A stretch of DNA of 64,000 nucleotides, taken from assembly GCA_021814005.1 (NCBI GenBank), contig JAKAJC010000002.1:4325-68324 (forward strand), in the 5' to 3' direction. Shown here in pieces: positions 26,183-35,457 of this stretch. This DNA is from Candidatus Micrarchaeota archaeon (lineage in GTDB: Archaea; Micrarchaeota; Micrarchaeia; Anstonellales; Anstonellaceae). Below the pieces are notes generated by a model that did not search any database, was not told the origin of the DNA, and saw only the letters and a list, made by a program, of their open reading frames with translations. A program made the position numbers and the translations under genes. Numbering within the stretch: position 1 is the stretch's first letter; every line of letters starts with the position of its first letter.

Positions 26183-26210
26183 CTTTTCTTTTCCCTCCGG
26201 GAAAAGAAAA
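26183..26210 (+). terminator. Perfect stem-loop (CUUUUCUUUUCCC-UCC-GGGAAAAGAAAA) immediately 3' of tRNA-Ser, followed by a second G/C-rich hairpin at about 26245..26275
   Basis: Inverted repeat read directly from the sequence, with T-rich arms. It is a likely 3'-end or termination structure for the tRNA transcript. Confidence 0.4.
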
Positions 26211-26335
26211 CCCTGGAAAAGAAAAGGAGAAGTGCGGCGCTGCGCGCCGTAAGGGAGGAGGGGAACGCCCCTCCCCCCGCCCGCCTTCGGTCTCTTTAAT
26301 TTTGTGTATTCCATTCTTTTTCGGGTCCTCTGTGC

Positions 26336-27574
26336 ATGTTGAAGTACTTTCACCTTCTCCGCCAACAGCTCAAAGAGCGCAATTTCATGCTGCTCAACGC
26401 CATCTCCATAGCCGGCACGGTGGTCGGCATGGGGCTTGCCTATCTTTTCCAGCCCATCGCAACCCGTTTTCTCACTCCGGCAGACTACGGCATTCTTGCC
26501 ATCATGGTGGCCTTGTGGTCCATGCTCACACTCCCCCTGAACGCCATCACCTCCACTCTTGCGCGCGAAATGTCGGCGCGCGAATCCGACGTGCCTGCAA
26601 TCAATTTTCTGCTTAGAAAATATTTGCAGAAGTTCGGCCTATATTCTGTCATTGTCTCGCTGCTCGCGGCCGCTCTTTCTTTTTTGTTTAACCAGCCGCT
26701 TCTTGCCCTGCTTTTTTTGGGCCTTCCTGCCGCAGTGCTCATTGCCATCGGCAGCGCATGGCTGCAGGCGCGCGAGCGCATACTTGAATTGACAATAGTG
26801 CAGAACGGCCAGAACCTTCTGCGCGTTGCGGCCCTGCTGGTTTTCCTCCTCTTGGGCTGGGGTTTGTTCGGGGCAACTCTCGCCCTGCCTGTCTATGCAT
26901 TTGCCATGCTTGTCCTTCTTCTGGTCTTTCTGCTGCCGCAAACAAAGAAGCAGAAAAATGTTGTCATCCACCTTCGCAGCGCGTTCGGCCTTCTCGTTGT
27001 TTTGCAATTGGTGCAAATCGTTTTGCTTTACGAAGATTTGTTCATGGTCCAATTATTCTTGGGGCCCGTGCAGACCGGCATCTACAATGTTGCCGAAATA
27101 ACGGCGAAAATCCTCTTCCTTCTGGCCGGCGCAATCGGCCTTGTGCTTTATCCAAAAATAGCGAAACTGGCCGGCAGTGCATTGCGCAAAGAGGGCACGC
27201 GCCTGCTGCTGTTGGGCATGGCGTTGCTGGTGCCGGTGTTCATCGGCTTCCAGCTTGTTGCAGAGCCGTTCATGACATTTTTCTATCCGGGCCCCGTCTA
27301 TTCGGCCAGCGTGGGCCCTTTTCGCATACTCGCCGCCGCCATGCTGTTTGCCGGCTGGGCGCAGCTGATGACATTCTTTCTTCTTGCGCGCCACGGCGAG
27401 AAGCCGATGCTGCTTGTGTACGGTCTGCTGCTGGCGCTTAACGCGCTCGTGCAATGGTGGATAGTTCCGCTCTTCGGCCTTGCCGGCGCGGCATGGGGTG
27501 CGTCTGCAAGCATTCTTGTTCTTGACATCTTGCTGGCACTGCTGGTGTGGCGGCAGCTGAAAAAAAGCAAATGA
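26336..27574 (+). CDS. Polysaccharide/oligosaccharide flippase (MOP superfamily, Wzx-like)
   Basis: 412 aa with about 12 TM helices and MOP/Wzx-type hydrophobic periodicity; the N-terminal pattern is typical of polysaccharide-biosynthesis flippases. The start may be at a downstream ATG (MLLNAISIAG). Confidence 0.65.
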   Translation: MLKYFHLLRQQLKERNFMLLNAISIAGTVVGMGLAYLFQPIATRFLTPADYGILAIMVALWSMLTLPLNAITSTLAREMSARESDVPAINFLLRKYLQKFGLYSVIVSLLAAALSFLFNQPLLALLFLGLPAAVLIAIGSAWLQARERILELTIVQNGQNLLRVAALLVFLLLGWGLFGATLALPVYAFAMLVLLLVFLLPQTKKQKNVVIHLRSAFGLLVVLQLVQIVLLYEDLFMVQLFLGPVQTGIYNVAEITAKILFLLAGAIGLVLYPKIAKLAGSALRKEGTRLLLLGMALLVPVFIGFQLVAEPFMTFFYPGPVYSASVGPFRILAAAMLFAGWAQLMTFFLLARHGEKPMLLVYGLLLALNALVQWWIVPLFGLAGAAWGASASILVLDILLALLVWRQLKKSK

Positions 27575-27600
27575 ATTCGAAAATAAGCGAGTCTGTCTAT

Positions 27601-28017
27601 TTATCTTGTTTTTTGTGAAATCGTTTTTCTCAGGCCTTCCAATCCCAGAAGCGCGCATCTCATCCTTGTGGGGCCGGGGTCGATTCCCAAATCTGCAAGC
27701 ACCTGTTTCTTGTCTATTTTTGCGGCCTGCGCAAGAGTCATTCCAATCAGCCTGTCCGAGAGCATGGAAGCCGAAGCTGTTGAAATGGCGCAGCCGGAGC
27801 CGAAAAGGCCGACAGCCTGTATGCGGCCGTCGTGGCCGAGTTTTATGTCAATTCCTATCTCGTCGCCGCACACTGGATTTGATTCCGAGTGCGACAGGTC
27901 TGCTTTCGGCAGGCGGCCCCAGTGGTGGGGCTTTTTGTAATGCTCCAAAATGTTTGCGCGGTAAAGCTGTTCGCGGACCGAAGACAATGGGGAAGGGGAA
28001 GAGGCCATGTCAATCAC
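27601..28017 (-). CDS. sufU: SufU/IscU-type Fe-S cluster assembly scaffold / sulfur acceptor
   Basis: NPVCGDEIGI, GSGCAISTASASMLS and MRCALLGL correspond to the three conserved Cys regions of U-type scaffolds. It overlaps sufS by 4 nt. Confidence 0.8.
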   Translation of the reverse strand: MIDMASSPSPLSSVREQLYRANILEHYKKPHHWGRLPKADLSHSESNPVCGDEIGIDIKLGHDGRIQAVGLFGSGCAISTASASMLSDRLIGMTLAQAAKIDKKQVLADLGIDPGPTRMRCALLGLEGLRKTISQKTR

Positions 28018-29246
28018 ACTGAAAATATCTTTTTCACTTCACGGAGGCCTTCTTCCAATGCAGTAATGTCATCCATGTCATTGTACAAATAGAAAGAAGC
28101 GCGCGCAGTGGAAACAACATTCAGCTGGCGCATGAGCGGCTGGGCGCAATGATGCCCAGCGCGCACTTCCACCCCGTGGCGGTCAAGAATGGTGCCGACA
28201 TCGTGCGCATGCAGGCCGTTCACATTGAACGAGATGACTCCTACGCGGCCGCGCTCGCTCGGAAGTCCGTAAACCTCAATGCCGTCAATTCCATGCAGCA
28301 TGTCAAGCGTTTTTTTGACAAGTTTTTTTTCATGCGCATGAATTTTGTCAATTCCAATTTTGCGGATGTAGCGCATGGCCTCGGCCAAACCGACCGCAGC
28401 CGCAACATCGGGCGTGCCTGCCTCGAATTTGGCCGGACCGTCTGCCCAAGTGGATGCGGTGTCGTCCACGCGGCCAATCTGCCCCCCTCCAGTCATAAAG
28501 GGCGGCAGGCGTTCCATCAATCCATCCGCCATGTAAAGCACGCCAACTCCGGTCGGCCCCAGCATCTTATGGCCCGAAAAGGCGAGAAAATCGCAATTCA
28601 TTTTTCTCACGTCAATTTTCATGTGCGGCGCAGACTGGGCGGCATCCACAACCACCGGGCATTTCCAGTTCTCGTGCGCGAAGCGGGCCATTTCTTCAAC
28701 ATCATTTATTGTGCCCAGCACGTTGGAGGCATGCGCGATTGTGAGCAGTGATGGAGTAATTTGCGAATTTATTTTTTCAAGATTTTTGGCTGTGATTGGT
28801 TTTGTCACATCGAACGGGACAAATGCGAGCTTTCGCCCAGTTCTTGCGCTCATCTGCTGCCACGGCACAAAATTCGAGTGGTGCTCCATTTTTGAAAGAA
28901 GAATTGGGCCGTGCGAAATTTCGGCGGGCAGAACATAGGACAAAAGGTTGATGCTTTCTGTCGTGTTGCAGGTGAAAACAATTTCGTTTGGTTTTGCCCC
29001 AATAAAGCGGGCCGTCTCTTCTCTTGCCTTCTCATATTCTTCGCCAGCCTCGGCGGTAAGGGTGTGCACTCCACGCCCCGGATTTCCATTGTGCCGCTTG
29101 TAATAATCTGACATGGCGTCAAGAACGCACTGCGGCTTCTGGCTGGTGGCTGCATTGTCCAAATAGACAAGGCGGCGGCTGTTCACCTTGCGCGAGAAAA
29201 TGGGAAATTCTTTTCGTGCGGATTTTCCAAGAGCCATCTCAATCAC
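28014..29246 (-). CDS. sufS: Cysteine desulfurase SufS (class V aminotransferase)
   Basis: MEHHSNFVPWQ, PLP-lysine SGHKMLGPTGVGVLY and C-terminal RAGHHCAQPLM (active-site Cys). It sits in the suf operon. Confidence 0.9.
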   Translation of the reverse strand: MIEMALGKSARKEFPIFSRKVNSRRLVYLDNAATSQKPQCVLDAMSDYYKRHNGNPGRGVHTLTAEAGEEYEKAREETARFIGAKPNEIVFTCNTTESINLLSYVLPAEISHGPILLSKMEHHSNFVPWQQMSARTGRKLAFVPFDVTKPITAKNLEKINSQITPSLLTIAHASNVLGTINDVEEMARFAHENWKCPVVVDAAQSAPHMKIDVRKMNCDFLAFSGHKMLGPTGVGVLYMADGLMERLPPFMTGGGQIGRVDDTASTWADGPAKFEAGTPDVAAAVGLAEAMRYIRKIGIDKIHAHEKKLVKKTLDMLHGIDGIEVYGLPSERGRVGVISFNVNGLHAHDVGTILDRHGVEVRAGHHCAQPLMRQLNVVSTARASFYLYNDMDDITALEEGLREVKKIFSV

Positions 29247-29249
29247 GTC

Positions 29250-30584
29250 TCACTCGTCCGCTATCTGTATAAGGCCTGTGTGCGCGCTCGGCCGGGCCTC
29301 AAGGCCCGGAACGGCCAGAGGGCGCGTCTTTGTGCGGCGTGAGGGACGGCGGGCGCCGGCCGTTTTCTTTTCTTTTTTGCCTCTTTTTTCCTCCATTTTC
29401 GGCAGCCGTGTGCCGACAAGGCCGGAAAGATAGCGGCGGCTGCTCTCGCCCCAAATCTTTCCTATCAGCTCGTCGAAATAGCCGCGCAGAATAAGCAGCC
29501 GCGCGTCCTGCTCATCAAGCCCGCGCGAGCGGAGGTAATTCACTTCAGCCTCATCCAGCGCGCCCACGCTTGCCCCGTGCCCAGCCTCCACCTGGTCGTT
29601 GTCCACCTGCAGCGAGGGGATGATGTTGGCCGCAGAATCGGGCGAGAGAAGCAAAGCAGAGCCTGACTGGTGGCTGATGGTGTTCGGCGCAGCGCGTTCT
29701 ATGTGAATGCGACCGCGGTAAACCATGCTGGCTGTTCCGTCAAGCGCGCCGCGGCATGTCATCTCGCCAGACGTGTCGGCGGTCATATGGTGGGAATGTG
29801 TTTCCATGTCCATAAATTGCGAGCCGCGGCCGAAAAACAGCTGGTATGCGTTTGCCTTCGCCCTGCCGCCGCTCAATTGGTTAAGCGTGCGGGTGCGGCT
29901 CACTCCCGCGCCGAAAGCTCCGGCCACGTGCGTAAGCTCTGCGAATTTGCCGAGAATATGGCCGTGATAGCCGAATGCCCAGTCATTTTCGCCATAGCGC
30001 TGAATGGTGGTGAAGCAGAGCTTTGCATCAGCCCCCAGAATCGCTTCACTTACGTCGGTGTGAAGACGGGCGGGAGTATTGGCAGACTGCGGGAGCCGGG
30101 CGGGGGAATTTTCTTCATTCTTTTTTTCTTCCCCGCCAATCATTTCCAATATCACTTCAGCAGTTGCGCCATCTTCCAAAATTATTGTGTGATGCAGGGC
30201 CGAATGGCCGGCCGCAACCGAGCGCAGGTAGATGAGGGGGGCGCTCACGCCGGCCGCCACGCGGATGACAAATCCGTCCTGCGCGTGCGCGCCGTGCCAT
30301 GCCATAAGCTTGTCCTGCTTTGGCGAGGGCTCAAGGCCGGGAGATGAGAGAAGTTTGCTGCCGATTGTCTCGCCCTCATTTTCATCCATTTGCGAGAGCC
30401 GCTCGATGCGTACGCCTTTTGTCATGGATTTGAGGCGGAATTCCAGCTGCGCCGCGCCGATTCCCTCCTTCTCTGCCCGTGCAAAATCGAATTTTGTAAA
30501 GTCCTGATATTCGCCGTCAGCCCAATTGAGATTGGACCAATCTGCGTAGCGGGCGTGGATGGAATTGAGAAATTCTTTTGCCAT
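29250..30584 (-). CDS. sufD: Fe-S cluster assembly protein SufD
   Basis: The SufB/SufD-family C-terminal beta-helix region is present (…RGRIHIERAAPNTISHQSGSALLLSPDS...). It lies between sufB and sufS. Confidence 0.8.
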   Translation of the reverse strand: MAKEFLNSIHARYADWSNLNWADGEYQDFTKFDFARAEKEGIGAAQLEFRLKSMTKGVRIERLSQMDENEGETIGSKLLSSPGLEPSPKQDKLMAWHGAHAQDGFVIRVAAGVSAPLIYLRSVAAGHSALHHTIILEDGATAEVILEMIGGEEKKNEENSPARLPQSANTPARLHTDVSEAILGADAKLCFTTIQRYGENDWAFGYHGHILGKFAELTHVAGAFGAGVSRTRTLNQLSGGRAKANAYQLFFGRGSQFMDMETHSHHMTADTSGEMTCRGALDGTASMVYRGRIHIERAAPNTISHQSGSALLLSPDSAANIIPSLQVDNDQVEAGHGASVGALDEAEVNYLRSRGLDEQDARLLILRGYFDELIGKIWGESSRRYLSGLVGTRLPKMEEKRGKKEKKTAGARRPSRRTKTRPLAVPGLEARPSAHTGLIQIADE

Positions 30585-32093
30585 TTAGAGCCCCTCAATT
30601 TCCATCTCAATGAGACGGTTGATTTCGACCGCATATTCAAGCGGCAGCTGCTTTACCACCGGCTCGATAAATCCGGCGATGATGAGGCGCGTTGCCTCCT
30701 CTTCCGATATGCCGCGCGAGCGCAAATATGTCCGCTGCTCGGCCGAGATGCGGCCCACCGTTGCCTCGTGCCCCACCTTGACGTCGTTTTCCTCTATTTC
30801 CATGCGCGGCACTGTGTCGGAGCCGGAAAGTCCGTCAAGAATAAGGCCGTCGCAGCGCACATGCACGCTCGAGCCATGGCAGCCCTTCTTCATTTTGACA
30901 AGCCCTCTGTAGCGGGCAATGCCTCCGCCGTGTGAAATCGACTTTGAAATGACTGATGAGTGTGTATTTGGTGCAAGATGAATGACTTTTGCCCCCGTAT
31001 CCTTGACCTGCCCCTCGCCAGCCAATGCAATTGTGAGATGGTCGGCACGCGCGCCCTCGCCGGCCAGCACCGAGCATGGGTAGAGCATGGTGGTGCCGCT
31101 GCCCAGCGTGCCGCCCACCCATTCCATAATCGCGCCGGCATCAACAATCGCGCGCTTGGTGTTGAGGTTGTAAACATTTTTTGACCAGTTCTGCACCGAA
31201 GTGTAGCGCACGCGGCTGTTTTTTTTCGCAAAAATTTCAACCACTGCCGAATGCAGGCTTGCCGTGTCGTAGTGCGGGGCAGTGCAGCCCTCAATGTACT
31301 GGACCGAGCTGTTTTCTTCTGCAATTATGAGCGTGTGTTCGAACTGGCCGTATTCAGGATAATTCATGATGAAATAAATCTGAAGCGGCCGCTCAATCTT
31401 CACGCCTTTTGGCACATAAAGAAACGAGCCGCCAGACCACACTGCGCCGTGCAGGGCCGAAAACTTGTTGTCGCCAGCAGGCACGCACTTTGTCATGAAA
31501 TATGGCTTTACCAGCTCGGGATATTCGGCCACGCCCTGGTCCATGCCCATGAAAATTACTCCCTGCTCCTCCAAATTCTTCTGAATCGAATGGTAAAGCA
31601 CCTCGGAATCATATTGCGCCGCCACTCCGCCCAAAATGTCGCGCTCTGCCTGCGGAATTCCAAGCCGCTCGTAGGTCTGCTTGATGTAATCCGGCACTTC
31701 GTTCCAGCTTTTGGCGTTTTTGCGCCCCTCCGGCTTGACATATTCTGTTATGTCGTCAAGATTGAGGCCCGAGAGGTCGGGGCCCCATGTCGGAATGGGC
31801 TTTGTCTGGAAAATGCGGTAAGACATCAGCCGCTTTGCCAGCATCCAGTCAGGCTCGCCCTTGCTTGACGAAATCTCGCGGACAACGTGCTCGCTCAAGC
31901 CCTTTTCATCGACCTTGAAAGAGAATTTCGGCGGATTGCGAATGGTCTCGTGGTAGTTCTCCAGATTCGCCACTATGGACTGCACCTGCGCCTCGTGGCC
32001 CCAGGGCAGTTGGGGTGAAGAAGAATCCGAATCAGCGCCACTTTTTTTTGTTTTTGTTTTTGGCGCTGGTTTTGGCGAAAGAGATTTGGCCAT
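30585..32093 (-). CDS. sufB: Fe-S cluster assembly protein SufB
   Basis: Strong SufB conservation throughout (…KGLDDLRVPLIEK-like core, GTHSSVISKSISHGGG, C-terminal EIEGL). The start is chosen at MAKSLSPKP (ATG 32093, preceded by GAAGAG) rather than 32156, which would overlap sufC by 59 nt. Confidence 0.85.
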   Translation of the reverse strand: MAKSLSPKPAPKTKTKKSGADSDSSSPQLPWGHEAQVQSIVANLENYHETIRNPPKFSFKVDEKGLSEHVVREISSSKGEPDWMLAKRLMSYRIFQTKPIPTWGPDLSGLNLDDITEYVKPEGRKNAKSWNEVPDYIKQTYERLGIPQAERDILGGVAAQYDSEVLYHSIQKNLEEQGVIFMGMDQGVAEYPELVKPYFMTKCVPAGDNKFSALHGAVWSGGSFLYVPKGVKIERPLQIYFIMNYPEYGQFEHTLIIAEENSSVQYIEGCTAPHYDTASLHSAVVEIFAKKNSRVRYTSVQNWSKNVYNLNTKRAIVDAGAIMEWVGGTLGSGTTMLYPCSVLAGEGARADHLTIALAGEGQVKDTGAKVIHLAPNTHSSVISKSISHGGGIARYRGLVKMKKGCHGSSVHVRCDGLILDGLSGSDTVPRMEIEENDVKVGHEATVGRISAEQRTYLRSRGISEEEATRLIIAGFIEPVVKQLPLEYAVEINRLIEMEIEGL

Positions 32094-32097
32094 CTCT

Positions 32098-32886
32098 TCA
32101 CCTCTTCTCTCCCGCGCCGGCTTCGCTCTCAGCATCGGAGCCGAGCAGGCCCGCATAGCCCTCTCTTTCTATCCGCGCCGCGACTTCTGGCCCGCCAGAC
32201 TTGACCAGCTTTCCCCGATGCAGCACATGCACATAATCGGGCTTGAGGTGCTGGAGAATGCGGGCATAATGCGTTATGACAAGCACTCCGAGTTTGCGCT
32301 CTGTGCGCAGGCGCGACACCCCATCGGCAAGAATCTTGAGCGCATCAACGTCAAGGCCGGAGTCAAGCTCGTCAAGAAGAACATATTTCGGCTGCAAAAG
32401 CGCCATCTGCAGCACTTCAAACCGCTTGCGCTCCCCGCCCGAGAAACCGTCGTTGAGATAGCGCTCAAGAAAAGATTCGTCCATGCGCAGGCGCGCCATT
32501 TCCGCCTTGACCAGTTTCTCGAAATCTGGAATCGTGATGGATGGGGCGGGCGCATGCGCCGCATTGTAGATTGTGCGCAGGTAATTGGCAACATTCACGC
32601 CGGGCACTGCCGGCGGATTCTGATAGGCGAGAAAGAGGCCGGCGCGGCTGCGCTCGTCTATGTCAAGCGGCAATATGTCGCGGCCGTCAAGCAGAACCTT
32701 GCCCTGAGTTTTGAAATTCGGGTCTCCGGCCATGGCATAGCACAGCGTGCTTTTGCCCGAGCCGTTGGGGCCCATCAATGCGTGTATTTCCCCCGGCTTT
32801 ATCTGCAAATCAAGGCCTTTCACAATCTGCTTGCCGCTGATTGACACGCGCAAATCCTGAATGAGAAGCGAAGGTGCTGACGTCAT
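32098..32886 (-). CDS. sufC: Fe-S cluster assembly ATPase SufC
   Basis: Walker A GPNGSGKST, ABC signature LNDGFSGGERKR, Walker B LLDELDSGLD and the H-loop. Confidence 0.9.
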   Translation of the reverse strand: MTSAPSLLIQDLRVSISGKQIVKGLDLQIKPGEIHALMGPNGSGKSTLCYAMAGDPNFKTQGKVLLDGRDILPLDIDERSRAGLFLAYQNPPAVPGVNVANYLRTIYNAAHAPAPSITIPDFEKLVKAEMARLRMDESFLERYLNDGFSGGERKRFEVLQMALLQPKYVLLDELDSGLDVDALKILADGVSRLRTERKLGVLVITHYARILQHLKPDYVHVLHRGKLVKSGGPEVAARIEREGYAGLLGSDAESEAGAGEKR

Positions 32887-32939
32887 TGAATCAACTTAAT
32901 ATGATACGATTTTCATGTTTATAATAGTGAGCAGGAAAC

Positions 32940-33515
32940 CTACTTCCGCCTCTCCAGTCTGCCGTGGCCGGGGCAGAGGATTTTCCACTCCACCCCCTCA
33001 AGCAATTGCAGGCTTTCCTCCATCCGCTCCTCCGCGCCCAGCCCGCCCAAATCCGTTCTTCCGTATCCGCCGTCCGCGAATTTGGTGTCCCCAGAGAAAA
33101 GAAAGCCGCTCTTCTCCTCGAAAAGGCACATGCTTCCCGGAGTGTGGCCCGGCGTGTGGATGATGTTGAAATGAAAAGGGCCGAAATCAAAATGCTGGCC
33201 GACAAGCGGTTTGGAATTTTTCGGAATGTTCATGAACGGCAGAGAAGAATCTTCGGCCGGGTGAATCCATACCTCTTTCCAGTCCGGCTTCACGCCTCTC
33301 GTGTGGTCAAAATGGCCGTGCGTAAGAAAGACCGAGTCGGGCGTGAAATCCAGCTCGTCCTTGCCATCTCCAGAGTCAATCATCATTGTCCTGTTTTTCT
33401 TCTCGTCCACGGCCAAATAGCGGGTGGAGCATGTGCGGTTTTCAACCTCGTAAAATAAGATGCCCTTGACGCCTTTGTCTATGGGCCTGAAATCGGAAAT
33501 GGAAATCTTTTTCAT
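32940..33515 (-). CDS. MBL-fold metallo-hydrolase (glyoxalase II-like)
   Basis: It has HGHFDHTRG (HxHxDH) and HTPGHTPGS. The start is MKKISISDF at 33515, and its ATG overlaps the stop of the upstream NFACT-R gene in ATGA. The tool's longer 263-aa version adds an Arg/Ala/Gly-rich junk N-terminus. Confidence 0.7.
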   Translation of the reverse strand: MKKISISDFRPIDKGVKGILFYEVENRTCSTRYLAVDEKKNRTMMIDSGDGKDELDFTPDSVFLTHGHFDHTRGVKPDWKEVWIHPAEDSSLPFMNIPKNSKPLVGQHFDFGPFHFNIIHTPGHTPGSMCLFEEKSGFLFSGDTKFADGGYGRTDLGGLGAEERMEESLQLLEGVEWKILCPGHGRLERRK

Positions 33516-34300
33516 TGAATCACGAATTTTCCGCCCGGCAGAAGCGGCGCGACTTCTTCCACACTGGCGCCCAAGCGGGCCGAGAGAATTTTGGCTGCTT
33601 CCTCTTTCGGCATTGGGCCAGGCGCGAGCGATGCAGCCTGTTCCAATTCCTGCGGATGGATTGCGGGCAGCATGGCGAGCTGTCCGTCCAGATTTCCTAT
33701 TCTCAATTTCAGCGGCATCTGGCGGAACCATTCCCTCTCTCCAGTCAGAACAAAACTGCCAGGGCCAACATAGCCGCCGCCGTCATGCTTGCTCACTTGC
33801 GTGGGGGGCACGGCAAACACGTCAACGGCCGAGGCGCCCACTTTCCATGCCGAAGAATAGGCGCCAGCCCACTGCGCGGCCTCCCTTTTTTCCTCTTCGC
33901 TTGCTTTTTGCCCGTCCTTCAAAATGACTGTGGGCGCGCCCTGAATGTCTGCATGGAAAAACAGGTCTGCGGGAGAGAGGTGCTTGGCATACAATTCGTC
34001 GTTCTGCTTGGCATTTCTGCCCGCCACCACGCGCCGCCCGCCCGAGCCGACGAATGTGAGATAGGGCTCGTACCAGTAGGTTTTCTTTTTCGGCTGTTTT
34101 GATTTCGATGAAGATGATTTTGTTTTTTCTTTTGTTTTTTCCCCTGTTTTTTCTTTTTTCTCAGCCTCGCCAATCTCTTTTTTCGTCTGCTCCATCGCCG
34201 TGAGCAGGCCGGCCTTCTTTTCTTTAAGCTTGCGCAATTCGGCGTATTTGTCCGACAGATTCTGGCGCGCGCTTTTGCGCGCATCAAGCTCGATGTCCAT
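33512..34300 (-). CDS. NFACT-R (DUF814) domain protein with N-terminal coiled coil (C-terminal half of an RqcH/NEMF-like protein)
   Basis: The N-terminal Lys/Glu-rich coiled coil is followed by YWYEPYLTFVGSGGRRVVAGRNAKQNDELYAKHLSPADLFFHADIQGAPTVIL, the NFACT-R/DUF814 core. Confidence 0.65.
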   Translation of the reverse strand: MDIELDARKSARQNLSDKYAELRKLKEKKAGLLTAMEQTKKEIGEAEKKEKTGEKTKEKTKSSSSKSKQPKKKTYWYEPYLTFVGSGGRRVVAGRNAKQNDELYAKHLSPADLFFHADIQGAPTVILKDGQKASEEEKREAAQWAGAYSSAWKVGASAVDVFAVPPTQVSKHDGGGYVGPGSFVLTGEREWFRQMPLKLRIGNLDGQLAMLPAIHPQELEQAASLAPGPMPKEEAAKILSARLGASVEEVAPLLPGGKFVIQ

Positions 34301-34404
34301 GCCAACCGGTTCATCTTGGAGTGTTATAATCCTGCCTTTGCCTGCTCAGCTTTTTCGGGCCAATTAAATCCCTTTTTATATTTTCATCCCATCCATTTGC
34401 TTTA

Positions 34405-35385
34405 GTGAACTCTATGCCCTTCCTTCGCAACTTCATGCAAACCCATTACAAGCATTTCAATTCCGCTGTCGTCGTCGACGCGTCAGATGCCTATATCGAC
34501 CTGCTTGACAAGAAGCACGGCAAGATGTTCATGACTCTGGCCGGCGCCATGTCCACGGCCGAATTGGGCAAATCTTTGGCGGAAATGATTCGGCAGAACA
34601 AGGTGCATGCCATCACCTGCACGGGCGCCAACCTCGAAGAGGACGTGTTCAACCTCGTGGCCAACAAGCTCTACAAGCGCGTGCCCGAATACCGCTCGCT
34701 AACGGCCGAGCAGGAAATGGAGCTCTACAAAGAGGGTTTTAACCGCGTCACAGACACCTGCATTCCCGAGGACGAAGCGTTCCGCAAAATCGAGGGCCAC
34801 CTGCTCACTCTCTGGCAAAAGGCCGAAGCAGAGGGCAAGCGCTATTTCCCCCACGAATATTTCTACCAGCTTCTTCTCTCCGGCCTGCTGAAAGGCGAAT
34901 ACCAGATAGACCCCAAAAACTCATGGCTTCTGGCCGCGGCCGAGAAAAATCTTCCAATGTTCGTGCCCGGCTGGGAAGACTCCACCATGGGCAATGTCAT
35001 CGTGGCGCGCATGATGCAGAAGAAAATCAAGAGCACCGCAATGGTCAAAACCGGCCTTGACTACATGCACGAGCTGGTGCGCTGGTACAAAAAAGAGGCT
35101 GCCGGCGGACCAATAGGCTTTTTCCAAATCGGCGGCGGCATTGCCGGTGACTTCCCCATCTGCGCCGTGCCGCTCATGACTCAGGATTTGGAAATGGATG
35201 TGCCGCGCTGGGGATATTTCTGCCAGATTTCAGACTCGACCACTTCGTACGGCTCCTATTCCGGCGCGGTGCCGAACGAGAAAATCACCTGGGGCAAACT
35301 TGGCGTCGAAACCCCCAAATTCGTCATCGAGTCTGATGCGACCATTGTGGCCCCGCTGATTTTCGGCTATGTCCTGAACTGGTAG
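34405..35385 (+). CDS. dys: Deoxyhypusine synthase-like protein
   Basis: ITCTGANLEEDVF parallels the DHS motif TTAGGIEEDFIK; GFFQIGGGIAGDF and a length of 326 aa fit the DHS fold. A TATA-like CCTTTTTATATTTT lies about 25 bp upstream, suggesting a leaderless transcript. The assignment is from memory of the family. Confidence 0.55.
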   Translation: MNSMPFLRNFMQTHYKHFNSAVVVDASDAYIDLLDKKHGKMFMTLAGAMSTAELGKSLAEMIRQNKVHAITCTGANLEEDVFNLVANKLYKRVPEYRSLTAEQEMELYKEGFNRVTDTCIPEDEAFRKIEGHLLTLWQKAEAEGKRYFPHEYFYQLLLSGLLKGEYQIDPKNSWLLAAAEKNLPMFVPGWEDSTMGNVIVARMMQKKIKSTAMVKTGLDYMHELVRWYKKEAAGGPIGFFQIGGGIAGDFPICAVPLMTQDLEMDVPRWGYFCQISDSTTSYGSYSGAVPNEKITWGKLGVETPKFVIESDATIVAPLIFGYVLNW

Positions 35386-35457
35386 ACAAGCTGTCACCGC
35401 CTTCTGCCGACCGATTGCTTTATTTTCTCCCATTCCCCTCTTCTCTATGGTGAATCC

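Noticed and set aside
32093-32156. Longer SufB start at 32156
   Set aside because: It would overlap sufC by 59 nt and adds an Arg/Ala-rich non-conserved leader. The ATG at 32093 with upstream GAAGAG gives a canonical MAKSL... start 2 nt after the sufC stop.
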